DNA from: Candidatus Omnitrophota bacterium
Lineage (GTDB): Bacteria > Omnitrophota > Gorgyraeia > Gygaellales > Profunditerraquicolaceae
Direction of reading: 5' to 3'
Length of the DNA stretch: 54,710 nucleotides
NCBI GenBank assembly: GCA_040754255.1
Contig: JBFMDA010000003.1
Coordinates: forward strand, 1 to 54,710
Notes under the pieces: model-generated
Databases searched by the model: none
What the model was told of the DNA's origin: nothing
Seen by the model: only the letters and a program-made list of their open reading frames with translations
Program-made: the position numbers and the translations under genes
Shown here: positions 45,935 through 54,710 of the stretch, in pieces
How the letters are laid out: each line of letters opens with the position of its first letter
Numbering within the stretch: position 1 is the first letter of the stretch

Positions 45935-47053
45935 TCAATGCACGTGTTTCGTTTTTACGCCTTCCGGAGCTTCCTCTTCTTGTTTAATCTCTGTGGCGCT
46001 GCCCCACAAAGCCGACATTCCTCCTGAAAGCTGGCTCTGTGAATCTATCAGGAAGTTTCCGTTGGTTACTATAATCTCGTTTTCCTTAAGGCCTTTAATA
46101 ACCGGAAAGAATTTATGCTCCTGGCCTTCAATCAAGGTCACTGCCTCTGGACCCAATTCTACTTCCCGCGCGGCAAATTGCCCCTTGCCTAAATCTACAT
46201 AGATAATCTTTCTCAATCCCGTATCCAAAACCGATTCTTTGGGAACAGCTAAATTATTACCTAAATCAATATGGATAAGGGCATCTGCGTACATATTGGG
46301 TTTCAATTTAGCTTGCGGATTGTTAATTTGTACGCGCGCACGGACACTACGAGTATTCGCATCCAACACAGGATCCATAGCTACAATCGTACCGCTAAAT
46401 TCATCTGCCGGATACGCAATTGTCATTAAGACCACATGATCACCTACTTTTACTGAACCTAAATCATATTCGTATATGGTCAAATATGCCCACACATATG
46501 GACTTAGGGTATCCGAAAGCAATAACGCGCGTTCAGACTGAGTCTTGGTTTTTAATTCCTCAATCTGCTCATCGCTTAACCCTTGGAGTTTAAGCTTAAA
46601 AACACTGGCAATAACCATGGCTTGTAGGCGCTCGCTGATTATGGGGTCTTGGCTTGGCTTTAGCGCTTCACTAGTCTTATATGCCTGGATAAATTCCTGT
46701 TGGGCCTTATATAGCTCAGGATCATAGGCAATCTTTGCCACCGTACGGATCATGCGCATTAATGGCCTGGATACGAGGGGTTCGGTTTTCACTCCGATTA
46801 GTTCCTGCTGGCTTTTACTTATCCTGACCAACGCCTCTCCCCGGGAAGATTGTTCTGCGGTCTCCTCATATACAGGAATATAATCCATTCCCATGGAATC
46901 CTTCATAAAAGTCGGAGAGGTTATACTGGGATTCATCGGGTTACGATAGTAGAGGACTTTTTTGCCCTTTTCTTCGGCAAAAGAGGCGGCCGCGTTCACA
47001 AATAATACTATAACTACAAGCATGAGTGTATGGGTAATATTATTTTTTTTCAT
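45935..47053 (-). CDS. cusB: CusB-like RND periplasmic adaptor
   Basis: YYRNPMNP...KDSMGMDYIP metal-binding motif, TRSVRAR, LKPNMYA, GNFLIDSQS. Confidence 0.9.
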   Translation of the reverse strand: MKKNNITHTLMLVVIVLFVNAAASFAEEKGKKVLYYRNPMNPSITSPTFMKDSMGMDYIPVYEETAEQSSRGEALVRISKSQQELIGVKTEPLVSRPLMRMIRTVAKIAYDPELYKAQQEFIQAYKTSEALKPSQDPIISERLQAMVIASVFKLKLQGLSDEQIEELKTKTQSERALLLSDTLSPYVWAYLTIYEYDLGSVKVGDHVVLMTIAYPADEFSGTIVAMDPVLDANTRSVRARVQINNPQAKLKPNMYADALIHIDLGNNLAVPKESVLDTGLRKIIYVDLGKGQFAAREVELGPEAVTLIEGQEHKFFPVIKGLKENEIIVTNGNFLIDSQSQLSGGMSALWGSATEIKQEEEAPEGVKTKHVH

Positions 47054-48318
47054 TCTTTCACCTCTTTTAGATCCCGGCCTATATTCTTTTCTAAATCTGC
47101 CAGGTTCATATAGTAGTCAACCAGCGCCTTATAATAATCCATCCTGGTTGCGACCAACATCCTTTCGCTATCCAACAGCATCATTATGTCGCCTTTACCC
47201 GTGCGATACGAAGAAAGCGAAGCTTCGATAGAACTCTCCAATATAGGTATTTGATTATTCGTATATAATTTTATCTTCTTTCTGGCAATCTCTACCTTTG
47301 TGGCTAAATCCTTGGTTTCAGCCAGTGCCTTGTTTTTCATGGACTGATACGCTGCCTGCGCTTCTTCTAAGTTAGCGATGGCTTCCTTCACCTCGTAACG
47401 CTGCTTGGTCCAGAACCACAAAGGGGCGGTAAAAGACAGCATTAGGTCCCAGGGGCCTATGCTGCCGGTCGAAAGGCCGCGCATCGCTATGCCTGCCATT
47501 AAATCGGGGAAAAAGCTCTTTTTGGCCAAAGATTTGGCATATTTGTTTTTTTCTATCGCATAGGAAAAAATAAGCAATTCCGGCTGGCTCTGCAAGGTAG
47601 CTTTGTACAGGGAAGCAATGTCTAGGCGCAATGGCGTTATATCTTCTTCTAAATAAGGTGTGCCTAACGGGCTTTCGGGCTCCCTGTTTAATATGCTATT
47701 GAGATACGTCTCCTTGGCACGCTTCTCTTGCGTGAGGTTTATAATATCAGTGTCGAATTTGGCAATCTCAAGGTTTATCTTAAAGATATCTTCCTGGGCA
47801 ATTTCTCCTACCACGTACTTGGCTTCGGCAACCTTGGCAATGATTTCAAGGAACCTGAGGCTCTCTTTTTTTAACTCTATTTCTTTGTGATTCATAAATA
47901 AATCGTAATACGCATTCTTGACTTTATTGATAATCTCCAGCTCCTTGTTCTTGTATTCGCTGGCAAACATCTGCGATTCAACCAGGGCAATCTTTCCTTT
48001 CAAGGGCAGCTTCCCGAACCAGGGTAGCATTTGGGAAACAGAAAGCATCCTATCCATGGCTGGTGTGGTATCCAGGTTAAGAGGGTTTCCTTTTGCCTTT
48101 TCAAACTTTAGCCCAATAACAGGATCGTCTAATGACTTTGCCTGAGGAATACGCGCCTTAGCTGCTTCATAGCGCTTCAGGGCCGAGAGGATCTCCGGGT
48201 TATTCTTGCTTGCTTCCTGGATAAGGCCTTCCAGAGGGAGCAGGCCTTCAGCGTAGACACCAACGGAACTGAAGAAGAAAATAAAGACCGTGCATATAAT
48301 ATAAATTTTCTTACGCAT
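47050..48318 (-). CDS. TolC family outer-membrane efflux protein
   Basis: Signal peptide, NNPEIL, SQMLPWFGK, SYRTGK pattern; in operon with cusBA. Confidence 0.9.
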   Translation of the reverse strand: MRKKIYIICTVFIFFFSSVGVYAEGLLPLEGLIQEASKNNPEILSALKRYEAAKARIPQAKSLDDPVIGLKFEKAKGNPLNLDTTPAMDRMLSVSQMLPWFGKLPLKGKIALVESQMFASEYKNKELEIINKVKNAYYDLFMNHKEIELKKESLRFLEIIAKVAEAKYVVGEIAQEDIFKINLEIAKFDTDIINLTQEKRAKETYLNSILNREPESPLGTPYLEEDITPLRLDIASLYKATLQSQPELLIFSYAIEKNKYAKSLAKKSFFPDLMAGIAMRGLSTGSIGPWDLMLSFTAPLWFWTKQRYEVKEAIANLEEAQAAYQSMKNKALAETKDLATKVEIARKKIKLYTNNQIPILESSIEASLSSYRTGKGDIMMLLDSERMLVATRMDYYKALVDYYMNLADLEKNIGRDLKEVKE

Positions 48319-48319
48319 C

Positions 48320-48604
48320 TTAAGCAATTTTTCGGAACCTTGAAAGTAGCTCCACAATTTCATCGATTTTCTTCGTCTTTTCTATTTCCGACTTTCCTTT
48401 TAGTGCGTTCACCACGCAACCCTGGACATGCTTCTTGAATATCTCATGTTCCACCCGGTAAAGCGCCCCGATAATCGAGTGGACCTGCGTGATAATGTCG
48501 GGGCAATACCTTTTGTCCCGGATCATCCTTTCAATACCACGGATCTGGCCTTCTATTTTGTTTAAGAATTGCAGCTGCTCTTCATGGGTAGTTGGTTGGA
48601 TCAT
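48320..48604 (-). CDS. csoR: CsoR family metal-sensing repressor
   Basis: KIEGQIRGIERM, YCPDI and HVQGC (C-H-C copper ligands). Confidence 0.92.
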   Translation of the reverse strand: MIQPTTHEEQLQFLNKIEGQIRGIERMIRDKRYCPDIITQVHSIIGALYRVEHEIFKKHVQGCVVNALKGKSEIEKTKKIDEIVELLSRFRKIA

Positions 48605-48631
48605 CGGCTTTGACCTCCTTCTCTTGTAGAG

Positions 48632-48661
48632 AGTATACCATACCCCCCTACCCTATGTCAA
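48632..48661 (-). promoter_or_regulatory. csoR-cus promoter with G-tract CsoR-type operator
   Basis: Minus strand TTGACA-18 nt-TATACT; the spacer TAGGGTAGGGGGGTATGG has the G-tract typical of CsoR/RcnR operators. Confidence 0.7.
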
Positions 48662-48716
48662 GGGAAATGTTAAAAACCTTAGTCTCGTTAAAAACTGGGC
48701 CTTCTCGTATTCTCGG

Positions 48717-49859
48717 CTATACCGCCGACAACGCCTGTTGCAGGTCGCGCTTTAGATCAAATTTGTTTTCGATACCAACAGAGATTCTTACCAGGTTGTC
48801 CTTTATCCCCCTCTTGAGCCTTTCTTCAGGCGACATAGACGCATGCGTCATCTGCGACGGGTAGCAAATAAGCGATTCTACCCCTCCCAAGCTTTCTGCC
48901 AGAAGAAAAATTTTAAGAGAAGCGAAGAACCTTTCCACCTCTTTCCTGCCACCTTTAAGCTCAACGCTCACCATCCCCCCAAAACCCTGCATCTGTTTCT
49001 TTGCAAGCGCATAACCCGGGCTGGCGCGCACACCGGGATAATATACCCGGTCAATCTTAGGGTGGCGGCTCAAGTAACGGGCAAGATATGCCGCGTTCTC
49101 TTGATGCACCTTCATTCTCACCGCCAGTGTTTTCATTCCGCGCAGCACTAACCAACTATCCCATATCCCGGGGACAGCGCCGGCTGCATTCTGATAAAAC
49201 TTAAGCTGGCGGCAAAGTTCTTCGTCATTGGTAACTACCGCACCTCCTATCACGTCACTATGACCGGCAATGTATTTGGTCGTGCTATGCACAACGATGT
49301 CAGCGCCCAAAAGAAGGGGATTCTGAAAATAGGGACTGGCAAAGGTATTATCAACTGCCAGTGTAACGTTATGCCGATGGGCTACAGAAGAGAGCTTTTT
49401 TATATCGATTATTTTCAATAGGGGATTAGTGGGTGTTTCAATCCAGATAAGCCTTGTTTTTTTTCTAATCAAGCGCTGGAAGGAATGCAAGGTATCGACA
49501 TCGGCATAGCTAACCGAAAGCCCCCATTTTTTGAAGACCTTTTCGAGTAATCTAAAGGTACCTCCATAGATATCGTCTCCCACTATCACATGGTCGCCTG
49601 TTTGCAATGCACTAAAGACCGCGGTGGTTGCAGCTACGCCGGAAGAAAAAGCCAAGCCATACCGCCCTTCCTCCAAGGAAGCGATTGCGGCCTCTAACGC
49701 TGTGCGCGTAGGATTGGCGGTGCGAGAATATTCATACCCTTTATGCCTACCGATAGCTTCCTGAAAAAAAGTTGAGGTCTGATATACCGGAACAATCACT
49801 GCCCCGGTTGCCGCATCAGGATCCTGGCCGGCATGGATTGCCTTCGTCTCAAAACGCAT
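48717..49859 (-). CDS. Cystathionine gamma-lyase/gamma-synthase (Cys/Met PLP-dependent enzyme)
   Basis: YEYSRTANPT, ETPTNP, DNTF, HSTTKYIAGHSD, AESLGGVESL. Confidence 0.93.
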   Translation of the reverse strand: MRFETKAIHAGQDPDAATGAVIVPVYQTSTFFQEAIGRHKGYEYSRTANPTRTALEAAIASLEEGRYGLAFSSGVAATTAVFSALQTGDHVIVGDDIYGGTFRLLEKVFKKWGLSVSYADVDTLHSFQRLIRKKTRLIWIETPTNPLLKIIDIKKLSSVAHRHNVTLAVDNTFASPYFQNPLLLGADIVVHSTTKYIAGHSDVIGGAVVTNDEELCRQLKFYQNAAGAVPGIWDSWLVLRGMKTLAVRMKVHQENAAYLARYLSRHPKIDRVYYPGVRASPGYALAKKQMQGFGGMVSVELKGGRKEVERFFASLKIFLLAESLGGVESLICYPSQMTHASMSPEERLKRGIKDNLVRISVGIENKFDLKRDLQQALSAV

Positions 49860-51228
49860 GGAGCCCCTCTTCTTTTTGTGTTATCCAATAGCTGACTAAA
49901 TCTGTTCTGGTAAGCAAGCCTGCCGGAACGCCGTCATGCATAACCACGATGCCGGTTGCCCCGGAGAGAAGCACTCTGTATGCTTCCGAGATATCGGTAT
50001 TCTCATCCAATGACGGTAAAGGTTTACCCATAACCGTCGCTATATCCTGCTTGTCAAATTCAACGCCATCGTGCAGAAGTTGCATAAGGGATGCTTCATT
50101 TAGGCTTCCTACGACATCATTATTATTGATAACCGGCAGCTGCGAAATATTAAATTCCTGAATGAGTGAGGCTGCCCGGATAAGTTTATCCTGACGGGAG
50201 ACTGAAATCAGAGATGGAAGGCTTTTCTTTCCCGCAAGTACCTCCTTTATGACCACTGTACGTAACTGCTTGCCTTCCCAAAAACCATTCTCCTGCATCC
50301 AGCGATCCGAGAATACTTTATTAATATAGTTTCTTCCCGTATCGGGCAAGAGCACTACGATATATTTTGCCTCTTCAAGACGCTTGGCATATTTTAACGC
50401 AGCAGCCACAGCTGTTCCGGCCGAACCGCCCACCAGCAGGCCTTCTTCTCTGGCAAGGCGCCTGGCAACATTAAATGATTCTTTGTCGTTCACCCGCACC
50501 ATTTCATCAACAATCTGGCGGTTAAATGTCTTTGGGATAAAATCTTCTCCTATGCCTTCCACTTTATAAGAGCAAGGGCTATCCCCGGAGAGTATCGAGC
50601 CTTGCGGATCAGCGCCAACTATGGTGATATCGGGATTCTTTTCCTTAAGATATTTTGCTGTTCCCGATATAGTGCCACCGGTACCCATTCCCGCAACAAA
50701 AACTTCTACCTCACCCCTGGAATCTTCCCATATCTCGGGGCCCGTAGTTAAGTAATGCGCCAGGGGGTTATTTTGATTTTCAAATTGATTTGGCCTGAAC
50801 GCATTAGGGATTTCTTCGGCCAGCCTGTCTGCAACTCCGTTATAGCTCTCGGGCGAATCAGGGGCAACCGCAGTAGGCGTGATAACGACTTCAGCACCGT
50901 ATGCCTTAAGCAAATTCACCTTCTCCTGGCTCATCTTATCCGGCATGACGAATATGCAACGGTAGCCCTTGACTGCGGCAACCAACGCAAGCCCTACCCC
51001 CGTATTTCCCGCAGTTGCCTCAATGATTGTGCCGCCGGGCTTCAGTTTTCCTTCCCGTTCGGCTGCCTCAATCATCTTCAGGCCTATTCTGTCTTTTACG
51101 CTTCCGCCGGGATTAAGAAATTCTGCCTTTACATAGATCCGTGAGCGCACATTTTTCGTTATGGCATTCAGCCGGATCAGCGGCGTTTTGCCTATCGCAT
51201 CCAAGATAGTATTCAGTGCCTTTGCCAT
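49849..51228 (-). CDS. Cystathionine beta-synthase with C-terminal CBS domains
   Basis: NPGGSVKDR, EATAGNTG, GTGGT, YKVEGIGED; C-terminal CBS pair (ISQLPV). Confidence 0.92.
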   Translation of the reverse strand: MAKALNTILDAIGKTPLIRLNAITKNVRSRIYVKAEFLNPGGSVKDRIGLKMIEAAEREGKLKPGGTIIEATAGNTGVGLALVAAVKGYRCIFVMPDKMSQEKVNLLKAYGAEVVITPTAVAPDSPESYNGVADRLAEEIPNAFRPNQFENQNNPLAHYLTTGPEIWEDSRGEVEVFVAGMGTGGTISGTAKYLKEKNPDITIVGADPQGSILSGDSPCSYKVEGIGEDFIPKTFNRQIVDEMVRVNDKESFNVARRLAREEGLLVGGSAGTAVAAALKYAKRLEEAKYIVVLLPDTGRNYINKVFSDRWMQENGFWEGKQLRTVVIKEVLAGKKSLPSLISVSRQDKLIRAASLIQEFNISQLPVINNNDVVGSLNEASLMQLLHDGVEFDKQDIATVMGKPLPSLDENTDISEAYRVLLSGATGIVVMHDGVPAGLLTRTDLVSYWITQKEEGLHAF

Positions 51229-51232
51229 GCGT

Positions 51233-51826
51233 CTATTTTGAAATTAAAAAAAGCGCTGTGTGAGCGAAGAGATTCGGCCAGAGCCGCACTTGCTTCTCTG
51301 TGTGCAAGTAAGCCCTCTTCTCGACTTTGACTTGCGCTGTGCGGCAATAGCCTAAAAAATCCGCAATACTAAAAAAGTGCAGATTGGGCGTTTCATACCA
51401 TGCGTAGGGAAGGGAAGCGGTGACCGGAACTTTCCCATGGAAGAAAAGCTGAAACCGCGCAGCATAAGAGGCAAAATTCGGGAATCCTACGATCACTTTC
51501 TTGCCTACCCTTAAGGAATCAAGGAGAACGTTATTCAGATGTTTGACCTGCTGCACACTCTGATTTAAAACCACGTAGTCGAAGGATTTATCGGAATACT
51601 CTGCCAGCCCCGAATCAATATCTCCGTGAAATACGTTCAGGCCTTTCGCCACGCAATCATAAATTGCCTGGTCGTCAATTTCGATACCCTGGCCGCGGAC
51701 TTGCTTCTCCTTAATTAAAACGTAGAGGAGCTCTCCGCTGCCGCAACCTAAGTCAAGCACGGAGCTCTTTGGCTCAACCCATTCCAAGATTACCCGGTGT
51801 TCTAGGCGAATCGTCTCATATCTCAT
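51233..51826 (-). CDS. metW: Methionine biosynthesis protein MetW
   Basis: VLDLGCGSG, FPNF, LPYAWYETPNLH; adjacent to metX. Confidence 0.92.
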   Translation of the reverse strand: MRYETIRLEHRVILEWVEPKSSVLDLGCGSGELLYVLIKEKQVRGQGIEIDDQAIYDCVAKGLNVFHGDIDSGLAEYSDKSFDYVVLNQSVQQVKHLNNVLLDSLRVGKKVIVGFPNFASYAARFQLFFHGKVPVTASLPYAWYETPNLHFFSIADFLGYCRTAQVKVEKRAYLHTEKQVRLWPNLFAHTALFLISK

Positions 51827-52970
51827 ACGTTCCTGTCACCTCGTATTCATAGAATACTTTTTTCAAAAAATGCTTGATAAGATGCGTTTCTTCTTTGACT
51901 TCCAGCAAAAATGCATCGTGGCCATACGTGGAATTTATTTCACAATACGTCGCCTGCAGGCCCGCAAGCTTACAGGCCTTGGCAATCTCTTTAGACTGGT
52001 ACGCCGGATACAGCCAGTCAGACTTGAAAGCGACCACCAATACCTTTACTTCTCTATTCTTAAAGACCTCATGCAACGGCTTTCCGTCCGATGCATCAAA
52101 ATTATCCATAGCCTTAGTGATATAGAGGTAGGAGTTGGCGTCAAAGCGTTTTACAAAATTGTCTCCCCGGTATTGTAAATACCCCTCGACTTCGAAATCA
52201 GCCGTGAATTTAAACGGCTGCCTCCTGTCTTTTTTCTGCCTGCCGAATTTTTCGGCCATGGAAGTATCGCTCATGTAGGTAATGTGGCCGACCATCCTGG
52301 CTACTGCCAGCCCTTTTGAAGGACCAGGGCCTGCGTAGTAATTCCCCTCGTGCCATTGTGGATCCGCCATAATTGCCTGACGGCCGACTTCATCAAATGC
52401 AATCTGTTGCGGAGAATGCCTCGCAGCAGTAGCGATGGGTATCGCGCTTTTCACCCTTTCCGGGTATCTCACTAACCATGCCAATGCCTGCATCCCGCCC
52501 ATCGAGCCGCCTACTACCGCCAATAGTTTTTTTATTCCCAGGTAATCTATGAGGTGCCTCTGGCATTCAACCATATCTGCGATACTCACCAGCGGAAAAT
52601 CAAGCGCGTATGGTTTCGCTGTCTTGGGGTTGATGCTTGACGGTCCGGTTGAGCCCTGGCATCCCCCCAGTATATTTGAACAGATGACAAAATATTTTTC
52701 CGTATCAAATGCCTTGCCCGGCCCGACCATAGAATCCCACCACCCGGGCCTTTGTTGGCCTTTATGAAAGCCGGCTGCGTGCGCATCTCCGGAGAGTGCA
52801 TGAAGCAAAAGGACTGCGTTACTTCTTTCTTTATTAAGCTCGCCGTAGGTTTCATACGCCAAAGTAACGGGACCAAGCTTTTCGCCGCTTTCTAAGACGA
52901 GCTGGTTGGCTGCCTGGGCAAATGTGTAATATTTTGTTTCAACAATTCCTACGCTGTTTTTTTTCTCCAT
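51816..52970 (-). CDS. metX: Homoserine O-acetyltransferase
   Basis: HALSGD, GGSMGG, RFDANSY, SDWLYP, GHDAFL. Confidence 0.95.
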   Translation of the reverse strand: MEKKNSVGIVETKYYTFAQAANQLVLESGEKLGPVTLAYETYGELNKERSNAVLLLHALSGDAHAAGFHKGQQRPGWWDSMVGPGKAFDTEKYFVICSNILGGCQGSTGPSSINPKTAKPYALDFPLVSIADMVECQRHLIDYLGIKKLLAVVGGSMGGMQALAWLVRYPERVKSAIPIATAARHSPQQIAFDEVGRQAIMADPQWHEGNYYAGPGPSKGLAVARMVGHITYMSDTSMAEKFGRQKKDRRQPFKFTADFEVEGYLQYRGDNFVKRFDANSYLYITKAMDNFDASDGKPLHEVFKNREVKVLVVAFKSDWLYPAYQSKEIAKACKLAGLQATYCEINSTYGHDAFLLEVKEETHLIKHFLKKVFYEYEVTGTYEI

Positions 52971-52984
52971 AAGACTTTCTTATA

Positions 52985-53914
52985 TCAATGTTCCTGAAAT
53001 AACCAAGTAGAAAGATACCTTTCTCCGGTGTCCGGTAATACCACTACTATCACTTTACCTTTATTCTCCTGCCTCTTGGCAACCTCAATCGCTGCCCACA
53101 GGGCTGCCCCGCTTGAAATCCCGGCAAGGATCCCTTCCAGTTTTGCCAGGAGCCTTGCGGCCTCTCCTGCATCGTCGTTGGTAACGCGGATAACCTCATC
53201 AATAATATCTCTGTTTAACACTTCAGGAATAAACCCTGCGCCTATTCCCTGGATTTTATGCGGCCCTGGCTGGCCCCCGGATAATACCGGTGAAGCGTCC
53301 GGCTCAACGGCAATTGCCTTAAAGCTCTTTTTCCTCTTCTTGATCACTTCGGCAACACCGGTAATAGTCCCGCCTGTGCCTATTCCCGACACCAAAATAT
53401 CTACTTTGCCGTCGGTATCGTTGTAAATTTCTTCAGCCGTAGTCTGCCGGTGTATCTGAGGGTTAGCAGGGTTGTTAAATTGCTGCAGGACTACGGAATC
53501 GGGCGTTTCTTTTGCCAGCTCTTCAGCGCGCCTCACTGCGCCTTTCATGCCTTCAGCGCCGGGAGTAAGCACCAATTCCGCTCCAAATATCGATAGCAAC
53601 TGCCTCCTTTCAATGCTCATGGTATCAGGCATAGTCAGGACAAGCTTATACCCTTTGGCTGCCGCAACAAACGCAAGCGCAATCCCTGTGTTACCGCTGG
53701 TTGGTTCAATAATAACCGAGCCTTTCTTTAAGACACCCCTTCGTTCTGCGTCTTCAATCATCGCAACGCCAATACGGTCCTTTACGCTGGACAGGGGGTT
53801 AAAGGATTCGAGTTTTGCGAGCAGCTCGGCCTCAAGCCCCTTGCCGATACGGCTTAACCGCACCAAAGGAGTATTGCCAACGGTCTTGGTGATATCATCA
53901 AATATACGTGCCAT
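52985..53914 (-). CDS. cysK: Cysteine synthase A
   Basis: [36 protein letters not shown]. Confidence 0.96.
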   Translation of the reverse strand: MARIFDDITKTVGNTPLVRLSRIGKGLEAELLAKLESFNPLSSVKDRIGVAMIEDAERRGVLKKGSVIIEPTSGNTGIALAFVAAAKGYKLVLTMPDTMSIERRQLLSIFGAELVLTPGAEGMKGAVRRAEELAKETPDSVVLQQFNNPANPQIHRQTTAEEIYNDTDGKVDILVSGIGTGGTITGVAEVIKKRKKSFKAIAVEPDASPVLSGGQPGPHKIQGIGAGFIPEVLNRDIIDEVIRVTNDDAGEAARLLAKLEGILAGISSGAALWAAIEVAKRQENKGKVIVVVLPDTGERYLSTWLFQEH

Positions 53915-53925
53915 ATCCCCTCCTC

Positions 53926-54710
<785 letters not shown>

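Overview
Gene-dense chromosomal segment of a probably anaerobic diderm bacterium (TonB-dependent receptor and TolC present; the gene set is reminiscent of Omnitrophota/PVC lineages, which is inference only). Almost every gene is on the minus strand. In order: purine genes (truncated purL, purB); a divergent cold-shock gene; an AT-rich accessory island at the 3' end of tRNA-Phe (degenerate RES-like protein, SIR2-like protein, ORF6N protein, repeated boundary motif, hairpin array); an operon led by a c-di-GMP-I riboswitch (GH1 glycosidase, cNMP/ParA-like/patatin fusion, lipoprotein, NnrE); housekeeping genes (yqeY-like, PfkB kinase, uppP, RluA, nadA, mnmA); a TonB-dependent receptor whose consensus promoter is overlapped by a BirA-type operator, directly downstream of birA; a sulfur cluster (archaeal-type aspartate-semialdehyde sulfurtransferase, IscU/NifU, NIL-ferredoxin, cysteine desulfurase, AIR-synthase-like protein); an Rrf2-led oxidative/nitrosative stress cluster (Hcp, rubredoxin fusion, unannotated desulforedoxin-like mini-protein, ferritin-like protein, superoxide reductase, glutaredoxin); thi4 under a TPP riboswitch with an 84-nt insertion; copper resistance genes (CsoR, CusCBA-like, CopA); and a Met/Cys operon (metY, cysK, metX, metW, CBS, cystathionine gamma-lyase/synthase). 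The strongest candidates for novelty are the BirA-controlled TonB-dependent receptor (possible biotin importer), the SIR2/RES island with its repeats, the c-di-GMP-regulated GH1-patatin module and the interrupted TPP aptamer. All calls come from reading motifs by eye; no database searches were run.
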